A stretch of DNA of 64,000 nucleotides from a bacterium (GTDB taxonomy: Bacteria; Bdellovibrionota_C; UBA2361; RFPC01). This document shows positions 52,884-62,437 of the stretch, piece after piece. Numbering within the stretch: position 1 is the stretch's first letter; every line of letters starts with the position of its first letter. The notes under the pieces were generated by a model. It was given only the letters and a program-made list of their open reading frames with translations. It made no database searches and was not told where the DNA came from. The DNA lies in assembly GCA_030428205.1 (NCBI GenBank), contig JAUIBK010000001.1:199966-263965 (forward strand), in the 5' to 3' direction. The translations under genes were made by a program, and so were the position numbers.

Positions 52884-53687
52884 TTGTTTATGAGTAATGA
52901 ACTGTTTACCGTTATCTGTCTCGGTGATGTCGTAGCGCGTCCCGGAAGAATGGCTCTCAAGCGCGATCTTAGTTCGCTTCGCGAAGAGCACAGCGCAGAT
53001 CTGATTGTTGCAAACGGCGAGAACTCAAGTGGTGGAACAGGGCTCGACCCAACATGCGGCAAAGAAATATTTGAAAGTGGTGTGGATCTGATCACACTTG
53101 GCGACCACACTTGGCGTCGTCGTGAGGTTCGTCCCTATATGGACCAGGAGCAAGAGCGGTGTATCCGTCCCGCAAATTATCCTGAAGGTGCACCAGGGCG
53201 AGGGTGGACTATCTGGAAAGACACAGAAAGTGGCCTGTCGATTGGTCTCATGAACTTACTTGGGAGAACATTTATCAATGTTCCCCTCGATTGCCCCTTT
53301 TATAAAGCAGATGAGCTCCTCGACGGGCCACTTGCTGACTGCGATCTCGTCATCTGTGACTTTCACGCTGAAGCAACCTCTGAAAAGATCGCTCTTGGGC
53401 GTTATCTCGATGGGAGAGTAAGTTTTCTTTTTGGAACGCACACACACGTTCCTACTGCAGATGCTCAAGTATTCCCTGGCGGGACTGCCTATGTTTCAGA
53501 CCTTGGTATGTGTGGCAGTCCGCTAAGTGTGCTTGGGCTAGATATTGATACGGCAATCAATCGGTTTGTGACAGGACTCCCAAGCTCCTATAAAGCAGCT
53601 AAGGGCGAAGGAAAGCTCTCAGGGGTAAAAGTCTCTTTCTCGCGTGAGGATCTCTCGGTTTCAGAGATAGTTCGAATTGATGGGTGA
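52884..53687 (+). CDS. ymdB: YmdB-family metallophosphoesterase (2',3'-cyclic-nucleotide phosphodiesterase-like)
   Basis: ICLGDVVARPGR...IVANGENSSGGTG...ITLGDHTW...RPANYPEGAPG...FHAEATSEKIALG...GTHTHVPTAD...GTAYVSDLGMCG closely matches YmdB/TIGR00282. Confidence 0.88.
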   Translation: MFMSNELFTVICLGDVVARPGRMALKRDLSSLREEHSADLIVANGENSSGGTGLDPTCGKEIFESGVDLITLGDHTWRRREVRPYMDQEQERCIRPANYPEGAPGRGWTIWKDTESGLSIGLMNLLGRTFINVPLDCPFYKADELLDGPLADCDLVICDFHAEATSEKIALGRYLDGRVSFLFGTHTHVPTADAQVFPGGTAYVSDLGMCGSPLSVLGLDIDTAINRFVTGLPSSYKAAKGEGKLSGVKVSFSREDLSVSEIVRIDG

Positions 53688-53802
53688 ATCATCTGAGTAG
53701 GACAAGGCCTAGTGTGGCGACAAATTAATTTGAAATGACACTAGACCCAGATCCCCGGATACGGGGCAATCTCATAGAAAATGCAGATACCAGGGTGAAA
53801 TT

Positions 53803-54006
53803 TTATAACGCGAAGTACGCGATGTACGCGAAGGGGAGACCTTCGCGTACATCGTGTACTTCGCGTTATAAATTCGTAACCAGGCGGAGTCAAATCAAGA
53901 AGGATAAGCTTAAATCTTGGATAGAGTTCCTGTGTTTAACAGACATCACATTATGGGTTTCATGCTGTTTTCTCTTCTTAACTGGTTATCCAGATTACCC
54001 GTGGAC
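53803..54006. repeat. ~204-bp intergenic repeat element (family 3), begins with a ~31-bp GC-rich hairpin
   Basis: Hairpin tataacgcgaagtacgcgatgtacgcgaagg-ggagac-ccttcgcgtacatcgtgtacttcgcgttata. Remainder about 80% identical to 62782-62947. Confidence 0.85.
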
Positions 54007-54060
54007 CTAGGCTTTTTCTTGCCTAAAAAAAACATACGTCAATTGCAGGCAAAGTCATCC

Positions 54061-55029
54061 TTACAGCACCTCCGGATTCACAATCGCCTCAGGCCTCTCT
54101 CCTTGAAAAACAGCAATAGCATTTTGCGCCGCAAGTGTTGCCATCTTTGAGCGGGTTTCAATAGTAGCACTTCCAAGGTGGGGCAGGAGTACGGTGTTCT
54201 CGAGCTCTGCTAGCCCAGGAGCAAGGGCAGGTTCATTTTCGAATACATCAAGCCCAGCACCAGCAATTTCCTTTGAGCGAAGAGCTTGTACTAAGGCTTG
54301 CTCATCAACGATTGGCCCCCGTGCTGTGTTAATGAGAATAGCTGAGTTTTTCATCATCTGGAGTTGATCGGTTCCGATCATATGTTGTGTTTTCTCTGTG
54401 AGCGGAACATGAAGCGAAACAAAGTCTGATTGGGTAAGCAGCTCATTGAGTTCAACTCGCTCCGCATGACACTCTTGCTCGAGTTCTAAGTTGTTCTTTT
54501 GGGCTGTATAAAGAATTTTCATGCGAAAACCAGCTGCACGTCTTGCCACAGCAGATCCTATCCTACCAAGACCGACAATCCCCAGGGTCTTCTCAAAAAT
54601 ATCGACGCCAAGCAGTAGCATTGGTCCCCAGCCGTGAAACTTTCCTGCGCGTAGGAAGTTGTCTGATTCAACTACTCGCCGTGCTGTAGAGAAAAGAAGT
54701 GCCCAGGTCAGGTCTGCAGTTGTTTCCGTAAGAACACCAGGAGTGTTACACACAGGCAGCTTTCGAGATGTTGCTGCTGCTACATCAATATTATTGTAAC
54801 CAACTGCATAATTTGAAATGACGCGGAGTTTTGGATTGGCGTGTACCACCTCAGCATCGATGGTGTCAGTAAGAAGACAAAGAAGAGCATCTTTGTCTCG
54901 AATGCCATCAAGGATTTCTGATCTTTCAAGAACTCGGTCTTCTTCATTGAGTGTTACTTCAAAGTGCTGCTCAAGAAGATCGAGCCCTGCCTGTGGAATT
55001 CGTCTGGTAACAAAAATACTTGGTTTCAC
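54061..55029 (-). CDS. D-isomer-specific 2-hydroxyacid dehydrogenase (glyoxylate/hydroxypyruvate reductase-like)
   Basis: NAD-binding GIVGLGRIGSAVARRA, catalytic R...E...H (HLGSAT). GTG start with GGAGA RBS. Confidence 0.85.
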   Translation of the reverse strand: MKPSIFVTRRIPQAGLDLLEQHFEVTLNEEDRVLERSEILDGIRDKDALLCLLTDTIDAEVVHANPKLRVISNYAVGYNNIDVAAATSRKLPVCNTPGVLTETTADLTWALLFSTARRVVESDNFLRAGKFHGWGPMLLLGVDIFEKTLGIVGLGRIGSAVARRAAGFRMKILYTAQKNNLELEQECHAERVELNELLTQSDFVSLHVPLTEKTQHMIGTDQLQMMKNSAILINTARGPIVDEQALVQALRSKEIAGAGLDVFENEPALAPGLAELENTVLLPHLGSATIETRSKMATLAAQNAIAVFQGERPEAIVNPEVL

Positions 55030-55264
55030 CTGTGTTCTCCGATTATGTATACTCCCCGCACTTGAACATACCGGTTCGAAGCTCTGCAACACTATCAAGT
55101 GTGCCGTGGAAAGTGCCTGAACAGCTCTTACCGATCATGCGGGGGGTTCTGTTTTCCCTCCGGGAATACGGAATGCTTTTTCTATCAGAGCAGCCTTGAG
55201 CGAATCTTTCCACACCATTTTCAAGTACTGCTTGAACTGCAGCACAAGAGGGCTGGGGGGGGGA

Positions 55265-57568
55265 TTAATGTAGTGCTTGTCGCACACTACGAGCTAACGT
55301 TTCTATATCAAACGGTTTTGGGATGAAGTTATCTACGGAGTCTTCAGAGAGCGAGCCAAAGCCTGTCATAACAAGTGTTGGAACGGTTTGTTTGTCTGCT
55401 TCAAGCTTCTCGATCAGTTCAAGTCCGCCCATGCGGGGCATCATCATATCAACAAGAATAAGATCAAAAGACTCTTCTTTACACCGCTCAACAGCCTCTT
55501 CTCCGTTTCCACACTCTTGTACAACATACCCGAGTGTCTCTAACATTTTGGCAACGAGATTTCGGACCGTTGGTTCATCTTCAACAACAAGAATTTTTTC
55601 ACCAGTTTCGGTGATAAGCTTTTCCGCGTTCTTTTGCTCTGAAGAATGCTTCGCTCGAGAAGATTCCTCTAGGTCGACAAGTGGCAAGTAGATTGAGATA
55701 TTTGTTCCTTTCTCTGGAAAGCTTTCCACGCTGAGAAACCCGTCATGCGCACGAACAATAGCAAAGACGATAGAAAGGCCAAGGCCAGACTGTCCTTTAT
55801 CTTGCTTTGTTGTGAAGAGTGGATCAAACGCTTTTGCCACTACTTCTCGGCTCATCCCCATGCCTGTATCTGCTACGCGAAGGCGTGCATACGTACCAGG
55901 GTGAGCGCCTGGATAAAACTGTGCTACCTCAGCATCAATCACCTCTGTATCAAGAGAGAGCTTGATAGCTCCTGAGTTGTCGGCATAACTTTCTTGAGCA
56001 TTGCTTATGAGATCGTTGAGGAGTTGCAGGATCAAGTTTTCATCACAGCTGATGCCGATAGATTCCTGAGGCGGTTCGAATGTAATCTCAATTGTATCAC
56101 CAACACTTTTTCTGAGCATTGAGAGTTTATTCTCAATAAACTTTCCAAAGTCATCCTGCTTAAAGAGCGCAGGTTTTCCTTCTGCGTAATCGAGAAGGGT
56201 CCAAACGAGGTCGCCAGCTTCTTTTGCTGAGCCCAGAATACTTGAAAGCGCCTGTTCTCTGATCTCCTCATCTTCGGTGCGTTGTGCAAAACTTGCTTGC
56301 CCAGTGATGTTTGTGAGGTAGTTATTAAAAGCATGTGCAATCCCGGCAACAACTTTTCCGAGAGACTTCATCTTTTGTGCTTGAAGCAGGTGTGTTTCAA
56401 CGGTGCGACGTTCTGAAATATCACAGAAGGAAAGGGTGTATCCCTCCTCGTCATTGCCATCGAATGGCTCCGCTGTCATAAGAAAGAACCTGAGGGAGTC
56501 GGGCAGCTCGTTGATACGAAACTCTGTTGAATATTGCTCTGAGTTCGAAGACGAGAGTTCCTCAAGGCAGGTTTCTATCTGCTTTCGAACTTCCCCGTTC
56601 ATGTTGAGATCTGAAAGTGTACGACCCGCAATTTCATTGCTGGTGCATTGCGCCATTTCGCGAAACATATCGTTGAAGAAAATGATTTTTCCTTTCGTTG
56701 AGACGGCACAAACTCCCTCTTCTCTCTGCGGGATGTGTAGCGCAACTGAGTGGTATGAGGGCCCTTGTAGTGGCGCGGTGTCAGAAGCGCGTGGTACCTC
56801 TTTTTCATGATTTCGAGTGGTCAGTGGGTTGTGTGCCCATTTTGATTGAGAAGATGTATTGATGTTCTGTCTATAGCTTTGTGAAAGAAGTCGCTTCGAG
56901 GGAAGATCGTCGAGAACGTGAGCTAATTTCCATGCGATAAGCCCTGGTACGGTGGTCGATATGATGGCCACAAAGAGAAGAGTTTCAAGGGGAAGGGAGG
57001 TTCCGAGAAGAAATGGGAATCCTACAGCACAAAAGCCTATACCTGTACCAATCAGTGTTGCTGTATTGGTCAGTGCTTCAATGGCGCTGACTTGTTTTGG
57101 GTGAGTAGCAAGAGCTCCCCAAATGCTTGGAGCAAGGAGAAGAGAGCTTGCTATCGTGACAAGAAAAACTTCGCCGAGCGCTTGGAGTGTGACGTATTCA
57201 GTAAGGTACTTACTTTGGTCTTGAAAGATAAAATGCAGTGGTCCAAAAACACAAACCCAACAGAGCAGTGCTGGAAGGTATGAGGGAATGCGAGGATAGT
57301 GTTTTGCTGAGAGACTGATACATGCACACAGGGTAAGTACGCGCAGTCCGTAGAGGTGATCTCCGGTAAAAAGTGTTTCGGGCATGATACCCGCAGCTAC
57401 AGAGACCATCGCTCCTGGTATTCCAAAAACAATAGCACTGGCATAGAGCAGGAGGTTGCCGATAGGCATGCTGATCTGCGGAATAAGCCAAGATGAGAAT
57501 GCATTAATGATGAATGCTGCGACACCAAGAATGGCGGCAGAGAATAAAACCTTCTTCGAGGGCTTCAT
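55265..57568 (-). CDS. hybrid sensor histidine kinase: multi-TM sensor, PAS, HisKA, HATPase_c, C-terminal receiver
   Basis: N-terminal ~230 aa with 6-7 TM helices. H-box AHAFNNYLT. ATPase GMGMS...GLGLSIV. Receiver ILVVEDEPTVRNLVAKMLE...DLILVDMMMP. Confidence 0.85.
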   Translation of the reverse strand: MKPSKKVLFSAAILGVAAFIINAFSSWLIPQISMPIGNLLLYASAIVFGIPGAMVSVAAGIMPETLFTGDHLYGLRVLTLCACISLSAKHYPRIPSYLPALLCWVCVFGPLHFIFQDQSKYLTEYVTLQALGEVFLVTIASSLLLAPSIWGALATHPKQVSAIEALTNTATLIGTGIGFCAVGFPFLLGTSLPLETLLFVAIISTTVPGLIAWKLAHVLDDLPSKRLLSQSYRQNINTSSQSKWAHNPLTTRNHEKEVPRASDTAPLQGPSYHSVALHIPQREEGVCAVSTKGKIIFFNDMFREMAQCTSNEIAGRTLSDLNMNGEVRKQIETCLEELSSSNSEQYSTEFRINELPDSLRFFLMTAEPFDGNDEEGYTLSFCDISERRTVETHLLQAQKMKSLGKVVAGIAHAFNNYLTNITGQASFAQRTEDEEIREQALSSILGSAKEAGDLVWTLLDYAEGKPALFKQDDFGKFIENKLSMLRKSVGDTIEITFEPPQESIGISCDENLILQLLNDLISNAQESYADNSGAIKLSLDTEVIDAEVAQFYPGAHPGTYARLRVADTGMGMSREVVAKAFDPLFTTKQDKGQSGLGLSIVFAIVRAHDGFLSVESFPEKGTNISIYLPLVDLEESSRAKHSSEQKNAEKLITETGEKILVVEDEPTVRNLVAKMLETLGYVVQECGNGEEAVERCKEESFDLILVDMMMPRMGGLELIEKLEADKQTVPTLVMTGFGSLSEDSVDNFIPKPFDIETLARSVRQALH

Positions 57569-57994
57569 GTTCGAGTATCTCCTCGTAAAACCGACAGAGC
57601 CAGGCTCAGCTGAGCGTGGCTTTTACATTATGATCCTGTATTGCAACCCGACCGTATGACTATATAGATGCGCGCAATGTATGGAAGAATCTTCAATTTC
57701 CAATATTTGTCGCGAGAAAAGAGTGGGAGACTTGGATTTGTTTGAGATATAGGCCAGTTATAGCAAACATCGTTATATTTTATCTGTGTTCAGATTGTTG
57801 GTGGAATCTCAAGTCCTTCTTGCTCAAGCTAGGCATCATACTTTTCAAACACCCCTTTATTCTTGTAATGACCTAGCTTTTTTACTCTGGGCCTCTCAAG
57901 AATTCGTGTGTTATAAATCTGACTGGTGTCGTTTATGACACGTAATCGAGCCCGGTGTTTTCCGGGTTGTATAGCCTTTGCCAAGGGAGCTGAC

Positions 57995-58771
57995 ATGCTA
58001 AGTCGAAAGAGTTTTTTTGCCGTTCTATTTCTTCTTTTATTGCCGGGCTTTGTTGCTGCACAAGATGTGTTGCCCATCGATAATGGCCTAGCCACGTATC
58101 ATACATCACCACGTTATAGAGAGAGTGAGTCTCACCCTCTTCGTGTTGTAGCTTACGTTGTGCATCCTGTTGGATGGTTAGCTCGAGAAATCTTTTTTCG
58201 TCCACTTAGCTACTTTGCATCTTCGAGTGAAACGCGTCGAAGTGTAATGGGCTATCGTGAGCCGTTTGATTACCGCCAGCCTGAGTGTTTCTCTGCTGAC
58301 GACAGTACTCCTGATTGTCGTTCGGTGCTTCCTTTCAACTACGATGTTGCTCCTCCTGCAGTTGTTGAGCCAGTGGAAGAAGTTGCAATGGTAAGCGAGC
58401 CTGTTATGCGTCAGGTCTACTTTCCAGATGTTAACTTTGAGTTTGATAAGTCTCGTTTGACTGACCTTGGAAAAGGTCGTGCAAACCAAATTGCAAAGCT
58501 TCTTGAGTCTGACCAAGGTCTACGCATTGTTCTTGAAGGACATGCTGACTTCATCGGTTCTGATGCATATAACGAAAAGCTTGGCATGCACCGCGCTGAA
58601 ACAGTACGCAAAGAGCTTGTTGCTCTTGGTGTTCCAGCTGACAGACTTTCTACGGTAACATTCGGTAAGTCTCAACCTGTTCTTGCAGATGAAACCGACT
58701 GGGCTCGTGCTGTAAACCGTCGCGTTGAAATCCACGTTGACGATGCTTCTGCTGAGGGTGACCAAAGCTAA
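57995..58771 (+). CDS. OmpA-family protein (C-terminal peptidoglycan-binding domain)
   Basis: Signal peptide MLSRKSFFAVLFLLLLPGFVAAQD. OmpA_C: NFEFDKSRL...LEGHADFIGSDAYNEKLGMHRAETVRKEL...NRRVEI. Confidence 0.85.
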   Translation: MLSRKSFFAVLFLLLLPGFVAAQDVLPIDNGLATYHTSPRYRESESHPLRVVAYVVHPVGWLAREIFFRPLSYFASSSETRRSVMGYREPFDYRQPECFSADDSTPDCRSVLPFNYDVAPPAVVEPVEEVAMVSEPVMRQVYFPDVNFEFDKSRLTDLGKGRANQIAKLLESDQGLRIVLEGHADFIGSDAYNEKLGMHRAETVRKELVALGVPADRLSTVTFGKSQPVLADETDWARAVNRRVEIHVDDASAEGDQS

Positions 58772-58800
58772 GAACCTTCACTTACAGTATAAAGAATAAA

Positions 58801-58826
58801 AAGGGAGCTTTTATGCTCCCTTTTTT
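58801..58826 (+). terminator. rho-independent terminator after the ompA-family gene
   Basis: aagggagc-tttta-tgctccctt followed by tttt. Confidence 0.7.
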
Positions 58827-58880
58827 GTCTCTGTTTTTTTGGTGAAACCTCTGGAGCGCCTGGGTAGGCTAAGAAGAAAA

Positions 58881-58940
58881 TATAACGCGAAGGCCGCGAA
58901 GTACGCTAAGCTCAACTCTCTTCGCGGCCTTCGCGGTGTA
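58881..58940. repeat. partial family-3-like hairpin element
   Basis: tataacgcgaaggccgcgaagtacgc...cttcgcggccttcgcgg shares the tataacgcgaag...cgcg hairpin motif of family 3. Confidence 0.55.
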
Positions 58941-59005
58941 AGTTTCTTATGATGAAATTTGTGGACTCTCATGTGGGATTGGCTTGAGGTATTTTGCCTT
59001 GGCCC

Positions 59006-59917
59006 TTAAACACCGGTGGTGATAGCGCGATAAGCAAATTGCTGTTCAAGCAATGAAGCCGCGTCTGGAAGAGGCTCTAGTTGCCCAAGGTCTTCGCGCA
59101 GTTTTAGCGCATTGTGCCACGAAGATGCCTGAATCAGCGCCTGCTCTGGCCAGGTGCGAATCGAGAGCATCCGCTCAATAGCAGATGACATACATGAATC
59201 AGGAACAGCAGGGAAAATACTCTGTGCAACAGACAGGAGCACTTCCGGTTCTCGGTGGCATGTGGTGAGCCCTTCTTGAATCGCACTCACAAAGCGTTGA
59301 GCTACTTCAGGATTTCCATGTAAGTAGTCGGAGCGTGCAGTGACTCCTGTGTAGAGCATGGGTGGGTAAAGGTCTTGAGCGGAGAAAACGACTCGCATGC
59401 CTTGGTGTTCTGCCATGCTGATCATCGGCTCAACTTCTATGATCACATCAACTTGTTCACGTGCGAGTAGGGGGGAGAGCTCCCCGATGCTCGCCTCAAT
59501 GATTTCCATTGTACGAAGTCTGCGAGGTTGTGACGCTTTTATGTTGGCAAGTAGCGCGTGAGTTGTCGAGGGAGCTGGGTAAGTCCCAAATCGCAGACCA
59601 ACACAGTCATCAGCGCAAGTTATTGGATGAATCTCTGGGTGGTGAGTATAGCCCCAAGCCGCACCTCTGTTGACGATGGCGGCGATGACCTTGGTGTCGT
59701 CGCCTTTAAGAGAGCCGTGCGCAACAAAGGTAGGGTCTCCTATCCCAAAGTGAGCCTTACCACTCACTACTTCAGCGTAAATCAGGTCATCGTTGCCGGC
59801 GTGATACAGCTCAAGGTTAAGTCCTTGGTCTTTGAAGTAACCAAGGTGCTGTGCCACGTATATGGGCATGTAGACGATGTGTTTTCCGCCCCACTGGGCG
59901 ACCCGTACGCACGTCAC
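59006..59917 (-). CDS. NMT1/SsuA-like periplasmic-binding-fold protein (nitrate/sulfonate/bicarbonate-type ABC substrate-binding-like)
   Basis: General PBP type II fold resemblance to the NMT1/THI5/SsuA family. No signal peptide detected, so the function is uncertain. Confidence 0.5.
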   Translation of the reverse strand: MTCVRVAQWGGKHIVYMPIYVAQHLGYFKDQGLNLELYHAGNDDLIYAEVVSGKAHFGIGDPTFVAHGSLKGDDTKVIAAIVNRGAAWGYTHHPEIHPITCADDCVGLRFGTYPAPSTTHALLANIKASQPRRLRTMEIIEASIGELSPLLAREQVDVIIEVEPMISMAEHQGMRVVFSAQDLYPPMLYTGVTARSDYLHGNPEVAQRFVSAIQEGLTTCHREPEVLLSVAQSIFPAVPDSCMSSAIERMLSIRTWPEQALIQASSWHNALKLREDLGQLEPLPDAASLLEQQFAYRAITTGV

Positions 59918-59983
59918 GATGAAACTACCCCAATAATTTCAAGCAATTAGAAATATTTGATTAGTGTATTATCTGTGATACTA

Positions 59984-60003
59984 TTATGTATCATAAATGA
60001 TAC
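59984..60003. promoter_or_regulatory. perfect 9-bp inverted repeat (putative operator) overlapping the HTH gene 5' region
   Basis: atgtatcat-aa-atgatacat. Confidence 0.4.
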
Positions 60004-60032
60004 ATCGTCAATTCATTCGAGGAGAAAAGACA

Positions 60033-60305
60033 ATGAATGATTCTAGGCCAAGGGGACCTCAGAGGGAGGAGAGCGCTACCCCACCAGCGTACCCCAGAGC
60101 TGTCAAACGGATGATTGCCTATCAGATTGAACGTGAACTTCTCCGTCAAAATATCTCTCGCGCACGGTTGGCAAAAGAAATGGAAACAAGTCGAGCGTCG
60201 GTTAATCGTCTGCTCGATCCCGAAAACGAAAGTGTCACTTTGCAGACCTTAGAGAAGGCCGCAGATATTTTAGGAAAGAAACTTGAAATTTATTTTAGTG
60301 AGTAG
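60033..60305 (+). CDS. HigA-like HTH (XRE family) antitoxin-type regulator, apparently orphan
   Basis: C-terminal ...SRASVNRLLDPENESVTLQTLEKAADILGKKLEIYF matches the HigA antidote family. GAGGAG RBS before the ATG at 60033. No upstream toxin ORF. Confidence 0.6.
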   Translation: MNDSRPRGPQREESATPPAYPRAVKRMIAYQIERELLRQNISRARLAKEMETSRASVNRLLDPENESVTLQTLEKAADILGKKLEIYFSE

Positions 60306-60315
60306 TGGAGATTTT

Positions 60316-61407
60316 ATGCTGTACCGAACGTCTCTCATCCTTTTTCTTTTCATTTTTAATACTCCTCTGTTTGCACATTCGGAGCAAATTAAAGTTGGAC
60401 TTGGAGCTGTGCTCAGTGGTGATATGGCAATTTTTGGGCAAGGAGATCTTCGCGCTGCCCAAACATACCTCAAGCACTACGCGAGGCATGACATTAAGCT
60501 GATTGTTGAAGATGCTCGTTTAACGAGCGCTGAAGGGCTCAGAGCCTATCAAAAGTTAATTAATTTCGACAAAGTTGATGTACTGATTGCAGCTGGGACA
60601 TCAAATGGAATTATGGCAGCAAAGGGACTTGTTCATACCTCCAATACGGTAACTTTCATGGCCTCAACCGGCGGAAACAATATTGATCAAGCTGGCCCTT
60701 GGATGTTTCGCTTGGGAAATAGCGATACACTGAATGGGATTCAACAAGCACAACACTTTCTTAAACAAGGTATCACACGAGTTGCGCTATTGACCGAAAT
60801 AACAGAATACACCACTGATATTTCAAAGGCATTTCGTGCGGAGTTTCTCGCTGGAGGAGGAGTGCTTGTGTATGATGACTCTTTCTTGCCTAATCCGACC
60901 GATTTTCGTAGCCAGGTAACAGCTCTTTTACGAAAAAAACCGCAAGCTGTTTTCATGCCGACCCAAACAGGCACAGCCCTTGGAGTCTTTCTCAAGCAAC
61001 TGCGCTCACAAGAGACAGGGGTAAAGGTAGAAGTGCATACCACGATGGTTGCAGCACCAAATCCAAATGCACACACTATTGCCGGAGAGCACCTGCTTGG
61101 CGTGTACTACATGGATCCAAACTACGATTCAAAAGGGCAACGGTACCAGGAGCTTCTCTCACACTATCTTGAGGAGTTTGGTGAGCCGCCGGCTGCACCT
61201 TTTCATGCTGCTTCTGTAGTTGAAACGCTTGAGCTCTTACAACTCTTTCTCGATAAGAACAAAGGGTATGAGGCAAAGGCCTTTCAAGAATTTCTTCTCT
61301 CAGAGGTTGGAACTCGTTGTGGATACATGGGTTGCTATGAGATAGACTCAGACGGAAACTCGAATCTTGGGTTTCACCTTGCAGAGATAACAAAGTTGAT
61401 CCAGTAG
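60316..61407 (+). CDS. periplasmic substrate-binding protein, LivK/ANF-receptor family (branched-chain amino acid ABC-type)
   Basis: Signal peptide MLYRTSLILFLFIFNTPLFAHS. KVGLGAVLSGDMAIFGQ... and overall type I PBP pattern. Confidence 0.75.
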   Translation: MLYRTSLILFLFIFNTPLFAHSEQIKVGLGAVLSGDMAIFGQGDLRAAQTYLKHYARHDIKLIVEDARLTSAEGLRAYQKLINFDKVDVLIAAGTSNGIMAAKGLVHTSNTVTFMASTGGNNIDQAGPWMFRLGNSDTLNGIQQAQHFLKQGITRVALLTEITEYTTDISKAFRAEFLAGGGVLVYDDSFLPNPTDFRSQVTALLRKKPQAVFMPTQTGTALGVFLKQLRSQETGVKVEVHTTMVAAPNPNAHTIAGEHLLGVYYMDPNYDSKGQRYQELLSHYLEEFGEPPAAPFHAASVVETLELLQLFLDKNKGYEAKAFQEFLLSEVGTRCGYMGCYEIDSDGNSNLGFHLAEITKLIQ

Positions 61408-61414
61408 GCTGGCG

Positions 61415-62302
61415 CTACTTTTTCATCTCAATAGCTTGCCCGCCAAGAGGAACATCTTTTTGCGGCTCTACAAACCCAAGCCACTCAAGAGCTTGGCGAA
61501 TGGGTGAGGAGCGTTTTTGAGTCGTAATGAGTTGACGAATAACTTGGGTTTCACTGAGGAGCAGAAGTTGATCGCGATCACCTTTTTCTTCGAGGCGTTC
61601 AATTCTTCCCCGTAGCCAATCACGCTCCTTTTGGAGGCTTTCTATTTCTTTCTCTCGCATGTCGAGAATCTTCTCTTGCATCTCAACAACGCGCTCAAGG
61701 GTTGTGATTCGTTGAGCTTGTTCCACGTTGATTGGTGCTTCAAGAGGCGGAGTATCCTCAGGCGTCGCAGATATCGTAGGGGTAATTGTCTCTTCGAAGA
61801 TAGCACCGAGCGATTGTTGAGTTGTTTTACTGTCGTTTTCGACACTTTCAGCGCGTTCAGCTTGTTTGGCTGCGAGTGAGGACTCAATAGCTGAGCTCAT
61901 ACGAGCCGTAAGTTCTCGAGGGTCTTCTCTGACAAACTTATTGTTTTGCTCTGAGGCTGTTGAGTAGTAAGAGGTTGTTGAGGGAGCTTCTTCTTCTGCG
62001 GCAGAGATGTCCTTCTTTGGTGCTACAGGCTCTGCCTTGATTTTGGATTCTTGATTTGCTCGAATTTGTTGCCGAGAGCGAAGTGTTGCATCAGGGGTGC
62101 TAAATGATTTCTTTGGCTGCGTAAAGGCATCTTGCCTTATGCCAAACACCTCTCCAAGCTCACGGGTCGAAAACAGGCGCAGTCCATCTGTTTCGGTTTC
62201 AATCTCTAAGTATCCTGCCTCTGCAAAGCGATTAAGGGTAGCTACGGAGACCCCAGCAAAATTGGCTGCTTCTGATTCAGAGATATAATTTTCAAATCCC
62301 AT
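61415..62302 (-). CDS. hypothetical DNA-binding protein: N-terminal MerR/excisionase-type HTH plus long coiled-coil
   Basis: ISESEAANFAGVSVATLNRFAEAGYL HTH. C-terminal heptad-rich LERVVEMQEKILDMREKEIESLQKERDWLRGRIERLEEK. ATG with GAGGT RBS at 62302. A TTG 51 nt upstream is possible. Confidence 0.6.
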   Translation of the reverse strand: MGFENYISESEAANFAGVSVATLNRFAEAGYLEIETETDGLRLFSTRELGEVFGIRQDAFTQPKKSFSTPDATLRSRQQIRANQESKIKAEPVAPKKDISAAEEEAPSTTSYYSTASEQNNKFVREDPRELTARMSSAIESSLAAKQAERAESVENDSKTTQQSLGAIFEETITPTISATPEDTPPLEAPINVEQAQRITTLERVVEMQEKILDMREKEIESLQKERDWLRGRIERLEEKGDRDQLLLLSETQVIRQLITTQKRSSPIRQALEWLGFVEPQKDVPLGGQAIEMKK

Positions 62303-62437
62303 GGGAGTACCTCGAGGTGGTAGTATAACAGTGTGTGAAGCAGTATAAGACAAAGAGAGTAGGATTGGTATAAGAGACTTAAAGTTTTCCTCGTGAGTCG
62401 GAGCTAGCCCGGGCTAGCGTTTCCAGTTACTTATACT

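Noticed and set aside
53735-54010. 91-aa ORF and overlapping 77-aa ORF in the 53735-54150 intergenic region
   Set aside because: They coincide with the family-3 repeat element, which includes a long palindrome. They have no RBS, and the second copy of the repeat (62782-62947) does not keep the reading frame.
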